Source: an uncultured Chitinophagaceae bacterium
Lineage (GTDB): Bacteria > Bacteroidota > Bacteroidia > Chitinophagales > Chitinophagaceae
Direction of reading: 5' to 3'
Assembly: GCA_937958995.1 (NCBI GenBank)
Contig: CALGAP010000019.1
Coordinates: 2,370-66,369, forward strand
Length of the DNA: 64,000 bases
The translations under genes were made by a program, and so were the position numbers. Position 1 is the stretch's first letter. Each line of letters starts with the position of its first letter. Below the pieces are notes generated by a model, which was not told the DNA's origin, searched no databases, and saw nothing but the letters and a program-made list of their open reading frames with translations. Below are positions 58,807 to 64,000 of this stretch, in pieces.

Positions 58807-61800
58807 TTAGAATTGAATATCGATACCCACAATATAAATCTTCGAATAGGTATAACCGACACCACTTCCGGAGTTGTATGTGGCGGTGGTGTTGGTGAGT
58901 TCGGGGTCGACAGTCTTAGTATATTTTTTCAATTTTGACCAGTAGAAGAGGTTTTCTCCTGATGCATAAATCCTTACCTGGTCAAACAATCGTTTTCCGA
59001 AGGGCAGCGTGTAGCCGATGCTCAGGTTCTTCAGGCGCAGGTAAGAAACGTCCTGCAGGTAACGGTCGGTGGGCACATACAGTGCGCCGGCACTATACGA
59101 TGCATAACCACGGGCCCTGGGGAAGTATCCATTCGGGTTTTCTTCGCTCCACACATTTTGCATGAAATCCCTGTGAATAAATGAAAGGGACGGAAAGGAA
59201 TAGGGTCCCCAGAAATCATAGGCCAGCGAGTGCGGGAACCAGTGTTGCTTTCCGACACCCTGGAAGAAAACAGAAACATCAATACCATTCCAACTGGCAC
59301 CCAAACGTATGGAATAGGAATAACGGGGAAGGCTGTTTCCGATGATTTGCATGTCGCCCGGATTACTTACTGTTCCGGCACCTTCGTTGATAATACCGTT
59401 GTGATCAAGGTCGATGAACTCTACGTCGCCAGCCCGCAGGTAATTGTCTTTTTTACTGCTGTATACGCGGTTGTTGACTGCTTTATCATTAATAGCAGCC
59501 TGGTATGCCGCCGCATCTGCATCAGTGGCAAAAAGACCTTTTACCCTGTAGCCCCAGATTTCACCCAGCCTCATTCCTTCATAATAGTCAGAGATCAGTT
59601 TATCCGGGTTGTTGTATTTGGTTATGACAGTTTGATAATCGCCCAGGGTAAAACCGATATTGTAGTTAAACGGCTTGTTCCGCAATCTGAAGTTGTCGTT
59701 CCAGCCCACATAAAGCTCCCAGCCTTTTGTGCGAAGGTCGGCGGCATTGGCAGTAGGCGTGGCGGCGCCATACACCGAAGGCAGGGTAAGTGATGGCGTC
59801 AGCATGTCCTTTGTTTCGCGGATGTATGCATCGGCTGTTATTGTCAGGCGGTTTTTCATCAGGGCCAGGTCCAGACCTGCGTTGTAGGTGGTTACCGTTT
59901 CCCACGTAAGATCCGGCGTGATGGGGTTGGACACCGAGGCGTAATAAGCGGTGGTGTTTCCGTCGAAGGTATAAGACATGGTATTGCTGGACGAGATCTG
60001 GTCGATGTAAGAATAATAACTCACCTGCTGGTTGCCGAGGCTACCCATAGACAGGCGCAGTTTACTGTTGTTGATTACGCCACTCAATGGCTGCCAGAAA
60101 TTTTCTTCGCTCATGCGCCATCCCAGTGATGCGGCGGGGAAAAAGCCCCAGCGTTGTTCCGGAGCAAAACGGGAGGTGCCGTCGAATCGGCCGCTGGCCT
60201 CAAACATGTATTTACCCTTGTAATCGTAGTTGACCCGGCCGAAATAGCCCAGCGTACGAAATGCGCCAATGGTTTGCGAAATAACCGCTTCACCATTGGC
60301 AATACTGAATGAACTCAGGCTGTTGCTAAGCAGGTCTTTTTTCTCTACACTGAGATTAGTCTGGCGATAATCTTCATATTGTCCGCCGGCCAGGAAAGTA
60401 AAATTGTGTCCACCGCCCCACCTTTTCTTGTAAGTGGCATACACGTTCAGGTTGTGATTGTTTACATTGAAATGGCTTTCCTGGTAATAGTTGTAAATGG
60501 TACCAGAAGTAAAGGTGAGAACAGTACCGGCAGTTCTTGAATATTCAAATGGCATACCTCTGTAGGTGTACAGCCGGTTGCGTGTTTTATAGGCGTAAGA
60601 GGTAGTCAGTTCCAGGTCTTTGGTCAGACTTAAGTCGAATTGGTTCGATATAATCATGTACTTGTTACTTCTTTTATTCCTGGCTTCATTGGCTGTGAGG
60701 TAACCTCCGTGCCCGGCGCCAATGGGAGAATTGGCGTTTAGCTGGTTGGGATATTGCATAATGGTACCGTCTGGATTGCGGGGAACAAAAGATGCCAGGA
60801 TATTGCTTTGCAAGGCATGGATCGTTTGCTGTTCGTTTTCGTATCCGGCATAGACATAATTACTCGGGTTGAAGTTGACCGTACCGGTATACTTGAGCCA
60901 TGGTTTGATTTTCGCATCCACTTTTGCCCGGAACGAGTAGTTCTTATAGTTGTCGTGGTATATTTTGAAAATACCATCCTGTGACCACAGGCGTCCGCTG
61001 ATGTAATAATTTACGTTATTGTTACCACCGGTCACGGAAAGATTTTGTTCCATCTGGGGTCTTGATGTGCGGTAGAAGAAGTTGTACCAGTCGAAGTTTC
61101 CGTAATAATAATACCGGTTATCGCTTTTGACGATCGTCCAGGGACGGTCGGGATGTTCGGTAAGATCATTGCGGCGATCGAGCAGCATCTGCAGATCGTC
61201 GCCGGTGTATAACGCCATAGGGGTTCCCTGGTAGATATCGTAAAACATATTCACGATATTGACATGGTCGTATCCGATGCGGATAAAATCGGTGGAAGTT
61301 GTGTTCTTCGAAACCCCAAACCGGCTGGTATAAGTGATCTTGGCTTTTCCGTCGAGGTTCTTTCCTTTCTTGGTAGTGATAATGATTACGCCGGAAGATG
61401 CTTTAGCACCATAGATGGCTGATGCAGACGCATCCTTCAGCACGGTTACCGATTCGATATCGTTTGGATTGATCTGGTTCAGGTTCACTTCAATTCCATC
61501 GGCCATAATCAGGGGCGTACCTCCGTTTACAGAAGCCACACCGCGGATATCAATTTTATAATCGGAATCCAGTGTCCCGGAATTGTAGGTAAGGTTCACC
61601 GAAGGATCAGCGCCTTTCAGTGCGCCCGCCGCAGTGGAAACAACGCGGTTTTTGATATCTTTTTCGGTGATGATGCCAACAGCGCTGGTCAGGTGCGCTC
61701 TTTTTTGCACGCCGTAACCGATCACTACCGCCTCATCCATATTGGAGAAGGAAAGAGCCAGTGATATCTTCAGTTCGTTATCGTCACCCACCACCAGCTC

Positions 61801-62310
61801 TTTGGTCTGGTAACCAATGAAAGATATTTCCAGGGTTTGGCCCTTCTCTGCATCGATGGTAAATGTGCCTGACTGATCGGTAATCACGGCCTTGTTGGTG
61901 CCTTTGATCTTTACCGAAGCGCCGGCCAGGGGGTTGCCATTTTCGTCTCTTACCTCGCCCCTGATTTCCTTGTCGGGAGTTTCGTCGATTGTTTCAATCC
62001 CGGCAGGAGCTGGTTTTTCGCTTCGGATCAACACATTTTTGTCGAGTATCTTGAAAGAGAAAGGCAATTCTTTCAAACATTCACTAAGGGCTGTTTCCAA
62101 AGACGCGTTCTTTAAGCGAATGCTGATGGTTTTTGTTCTCAGCATTTCGCTGTCGTAAACAAAGACATAGCCGGTCTGTTTTTCAATTTGCAGAAAAACT
62201 TTCTCGATCGGTGTGTTTTGTTTGTTCAGGCTTACCTTCTGGGCATGGATTTTCGCGGTGACCTGCATCCATGCAAAGATTACGAAGAACATTGTCAGCT
62301 TGATTCTCAT
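58807..62310 (-). CDS. SusC/RagA-type TonB-dependent transducer with an N-terminal STN signalling domain
   Basis: I chose the start at MRIKLTMFFVIFAWMQVTAKIHAQ. The STN-like domain is IEKVFLQIEKQTGYVFVYDSE...FKILDKNVLI. CarboxypepD_reg is IRGEVRDENGNPLAGASVKIKG. The plug is DEAVVIGYGVQ, and the barrel ends in IQF. The longer ORF extends to 62445. Confidence 0.92.
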   Translation of the reverse strand: MRIKLTMFFVIFAWMQVTAKIHAQKVSLNKQNTPIEKVFLQIEKQTGYVFVYDSEMLRTKTISIRLKNASLETALSECLKELPFSFKILDKNVLIRSEKPAPAGIETIDETPDKEIRGEVRDENGNPLAGASVKIKGTNKAVITDQSGTFTIDAEKGQTLEISFIGYQTKELVVGDDNELKISLALSFSNMDEAVVIGYGVQKRAHLTSAVGIITEKDIKNRVVSTAAGALKGADPSVNLTYNSGTLDSDYKIDIRGVASVNGGTPLIMADGIEVNLNQINPNDIESVTVLKDASASAIYGAKASSGVIIITTKKGKNLDGKAKITYTSRFGVSKNTTSTDFIRIGYDHVNIVNMFYDIYQGTPMALYTGDDLQMLLDRRNDLTEHPDRPWTIVKSDNRYYYYGNFDWYNFFYRTSRPQMEQNLSVTGGNNNVNYYISGRLWSQDGIFKIYHDNYKNYSFRAKVDAKIKPWLKYTGTVNFNPSNYVYAGYENEQQTIHALQSNILASFVPRNPDGTIMQYPNQLNANSPIGAGHGGYLTANEARNKRSNKYMIISNQFDLSLTKDLELTTSYAYKTRNRLYTYRGMPFEYSRTAGTVLTFTSGTIYNYYQESHFNVNNHNLNVYATYKKRWGGGHNFTFLAGGQYEDYRQTNLSVEKKDLLSNSLSSFSIANGEAVISQTIGAFRTLGYFGRVNYDYKGKYMFEASGRFDGTSRFAPEQRWGFFPAASLGWRMSEENFWQPLSGVINNSKLRLSMGSLGNQQVSYYSYIDQISSSNTMSYTFDGNTTAYYASVSNPITPDLTWETVTTYNAGLDLALMKNRLTITADAYIRETKDMLTPSLTLPSVYGAATPTANAADLRTKGWELYVGWNDNFRLRNKPFNYNIGFTLGDYQTVITKYNNPDKLISDYYEGMRLGEIWGYRVKGLFATDADAAAYQAAINDKAVNNRVYSSKKDNYLRAGDVEFIDLDHNGIINEGAGTVSNPGDMQIIGNSLPRYSYSIRLGASWNGIDVSVFFQGVGKQHWFPHSLAYDFWGPYSFPSLSFIHRDFMQNVWSEENPNGYFPRARGYASYSAGALYVPTDRYLQDVSYLRLKNLSIGYTLPFGKRLFDQVRIYASGENLFYWSKLKKYTKTVDPELTNTTATYNSGSGVGYTYSKIYIVGIDIQF

Positions 62311-62426
62311 AAGCTGTTGCCATTTTAATTTGTAAAAAATGGATGTCTTTGCAGGAGGTTCCTGGTTTTGCCGGAACAATCGTCCGGCAATGGCAGACAA
62401 TCTTAATTTCATTAGTTTTGCGAGGT

Positions 62427-62522
62427 TTGAGTTAACAATGAGCAATCATCAGAATTCGGGTATTCCCGGAACGAAACTCAGATCACAGCGTCTCCCGATG
62501 GCAGTCGGGAAGACGCTTTTTT
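62427..62522 (+). ncRNA. Candidate ~95-nt cis-antisense small RNA opposite the leader of the SusC-transducer gene
   Basis: On the plus strand, TAGTTTTG (62413-62420) matches TAnnTTTG. About 65 nt downstream is a strong stem-loop with a T-tract (62487-62522). All flanking genes are on the minus strand. The 5' end is a guess. Confidence 0.3.
62487..62522 (+). terminator. Plus-strand intrinsic terminator in the FecR / SusC-transducer intergenic region
   Basis: AGCGTCTCCCGA-TGGCAG-TCGGGAAGACGCT forms a 12-bp stem with one bulged T and is followed by TTTTT. In the minus-strand orientation no U-tract follows the stem. Confidence 0.6.
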
Positions 62523-62597
62523 AATCTTCGCCTCCGGTCTGGTTGTATCGTATAAATTGTTTCATATGGCATTTTTTTGGGGTTAAGAAAGCTGTTT

Positions 62598-63746
62598 TTA
62601 TTTCTGGATGATGATCTTTTTGGAACCGTTGTTTTCTTCGATGTGGTACTTCAGGCCAAAATATTCCAGCAACTCCAGGACCTTCGATGCGTTCGAGTTC
62701 CGGTACACTTTTCCCCAGAGCCTGATGTCTGGTATAGCGCCTTCAAACTCCACGGTCACGTTATACCATCGCGAAATCTGCCGCATCACGCTGGGAATGT
62801 CAGAGCCGGAGAAATAGAACAAGTTGTTTTTCCACGCCACTGCATTTTCTGTATCTGCCATCGCTACGCTAAAGTTGTTCCTCGAGACTGTAGACTGTTC
62901 TCCCGGTTTTAAAGTCATGCTTTTGTGCGTGCCATGGTGCATCACTTTCACAGAGCCTTCCAGTAAAGTCGTTTTTACCGCGGGTTCATCAGCATAACAA
63001 TTGATGTTGAAGTGAGTGCCCAGGACTTCTACGGTTTGATCCGCAGCCTGCACTTTAAAAGGCATATCTTTATTGCTGGCAACTTCGAAATAGCCTTCTC
63101 CTGTTAGTTCTACTATTCTTTCCTTACCAGTGAAAGCAGTCGGATATTTCAGCGACGATGCGGCATTGAGCCAAACCACTGTGCCATCAGGAAGCGTTAC
63201 CTGGTATTGTCCACCTCGCGGCGTAGTGATGGTATTGTAGGATGGAAGTGCTTTTGTTGGTGCATTTGTCGGCTGACTCACATATACCAAAGCGCCGTCG
63301 CCTGTTTTAATTACTTTAATACCATTTTGATTGGCTATTTCACCACCGGTTTCATTATCCAGTAAAATTGTCGAACCATCGGCCAGCGTCAGCACCGCTT
63401 TGTTTTCTCCTGGTGCCAGGTCATTTTTTTCCGTGGAAACCGGTGTTTGCGCGGTAGGTTGTGGTGCAGATGAAGGAGTAAGGTAGAAAAAAGCGCCAAC
63501 GGCTACGCCGATAATGACAGCGGCGGCCGCAATGCGCAACAGGATAGGGCGGAGGCGGCGCCGTGGTGCGGGTCGCGGCAAAGAAGCAAAAACTGCCTGC
63601 AGGTCTTCTTCTATTTCCTCTGCAGACAGGTCAGGAGCCTTCGCCTCCCATTGCTGATACCAGGCGTCGATAATTTTCCGTTCTTCTTCGGAACAGGTTC
63701 CCTGCAGGTATTGTTCCAGGATGTGTTTAATGTCGGTCTTGTTCAT
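62598..63746 (-). CDS. FecR family anti-sigma factor / transmembrane sensor (FecR + DUF4974 architecture)
   Basis: N-terminus KHILEQYLQGTCSEEERKIIDAWYQ, one TM helix (AAAAVIIGVAVGAFFYL), a FecR domain (VLTLADGSTILLD...VTLPDGTVVWLNAASSLKYP), and a C-terminal domain pairing with the STN transducer. Confidence 0.9.
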   Translation of the reverse strand: MNKTDIKHILEQYLQGTCSEEERKIIDAWYQQWEAKAPDLSAEEIEEDLQAVFASLPRPAPRRRLRPILLRIAAAAVIIGVAVGAFFYLTPSSAPQPTAQTPVSTEKNDLAPGENKAVLTLADGSTILLDNETGGEIANQNGIKVIKTGDGALVYVSQPTNAPTKALPSYNTITTPRGGQYQVTLPDGTVVWLNAASSLKYPTAFTGKERIVELTGEGYFEVASNKDMPFKVQAADQTVEVLGTHFNINCYADEPAVKTTLLEGSVKVMHHGTHKSMTLKPGEQSTVSRNNFSVAMADTENAVAWKNNLFYFSGSDIPSVMRQISRWYNVTVEFEGAIPDIRLWGKVYRNSNASKVLELLEYFGLKYHIEENNGSKKIIIQK

Positions 63747-63827
63747 GTAGCGGGCAGGGCTTTTACGTGTCCCTTAATAGTATAGACCCTCCACAGCTAT
63801 CCAGGGCGTAGATAAAATCAAAAAAAA

Positions 63828-64000
63828 TTACAGGAAAGTGGAAAAGAAGGATTGAAAGGAGCTCAGTTTCACGCGCAGTATCTTCAGCGCATTGTTTACC
63901 TGCTTTTTAACCGTGGATTCTGAGATATCGAATTGATCGGCAATTTCTTTGTGGCTTAAGTTGGACTGCCGGCTCAGCCGAAACACAGCCTGCATTTTGT
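63828..64000 (-). CDS. ECF sigma factor, C-terminal region 4 only (the gene continues beyond the window)
   Basis: The minus-strand translation is ...KMQAVFRLSRQSNLSHKEIADQFDISESTVKKQVNNALKILRVKLSSFQSFFSTFL-stop (TAA at 63828-63830). This is a typical sigma-70 region 4 HTH. It is not in the ORF track because it is truncated. Confidence 0.8.
   Translation of the reverse strand, partial: KMQAVFRLSRQSNLSHKEIADQFDISESTVKKQVNNALKILRVKLSSFQSFFSTFL

Noticed and set aside
62339-62524. A 61-aa plus-strand ORF in the FecR / SusC-transducer intergenic region.
   Set aside because: The translation (MDVFAGGSWFCRNNRPAMADNL...) has no protein-like features. The ORF ends exactly in the terminator T-tract. 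The region is better explained as a non-coding antisense transcript and leader structure.

Overview
This is a 64-kb chromosomal segment from a Bacteroidota genome. I infer the phylum, and a probable Chitinophagaceae/Sphingobacteriia-like affinity, from gene content only: two SusC/SusD pairs, T9SS C-terminal sorting domains, ECF sigma/FecR/SusC-transducer wiring, TAnnTTTG-type -7 boxes and no Shine-Dalgarno signals. No database search was run; every protein call comes from motifs I recognise in the supplied translations.

Gene order:
- Housekeeping block: sdaA (5'-truncated by the window edge), futalosine-type radical SAM enzyme, CNT/NupC nucleoside transporter, trxA, dnaE.
- NlpC/P60 lipoprotein, Wzx-like flippase, M1 aminopeptidase, orphan family-5 solute-binding lipoprotein.
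- Two tandem paralogous T9SS cargo proteins.
- msrA, Smr-less mutS2, C-N hydrolase, S10 carboxypeptidase.
- PUL 1: SusC, SusD, two IPT/TIG surface lipoproteins, GH130 phosphorylase.
- HD-PycTM(DUF5706) membrane protein, YjiK/SdiA-regulated-like lipoprotein, Omp85-barrel protein with an unusual N-terminal domain.
- Large GAF-like protein, DUF4440 lipoprotein, L-type-lectin-like protein, tail-fibre/S74 protein, tRNA-Ser(CGA).
- CBS protein, DUF1801 protein, SRPBCC protein.
- Minus-strand cluster (listed in transcription order, so from high to low coordinates): transglutaminase-like membrane protein, tail-anchored protein, ECF sigma, TPR anti-sigma, exported TPR-CHAT protease, M28 peptidase.
- PUL-like organophosphate locus (also listed in minus-strand order): ECF sigma (partial), FecR, SusC-transducer, SusD, two GDPD enzymes, PafA-type phosphatase, SGNH esterase.

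I saw no CRISPR array, transposase, integrase or rRNA.

Most interesting observations:
1. The ECF sigma / anti-sigma / TPR-CHAT / M28 operon.
2. The HD-PycTM, beta-propeller and kinase-like-Omp85 envelope trio.
3. A plus-strand promoter-plus-terminator unit antisense to the SusC-transducer leader, which may be a DonS-like sRNA.
4. An 80-110-bp palindromic intergenic repeat family, with two copies bracketing the nucleoside transporter gene.
5. A conserved start-codon-enclosing inverted repeat in the leaders of the two T9SS paralogues.
6. An unannotated 31-codon lipoprotein-like small ORF.
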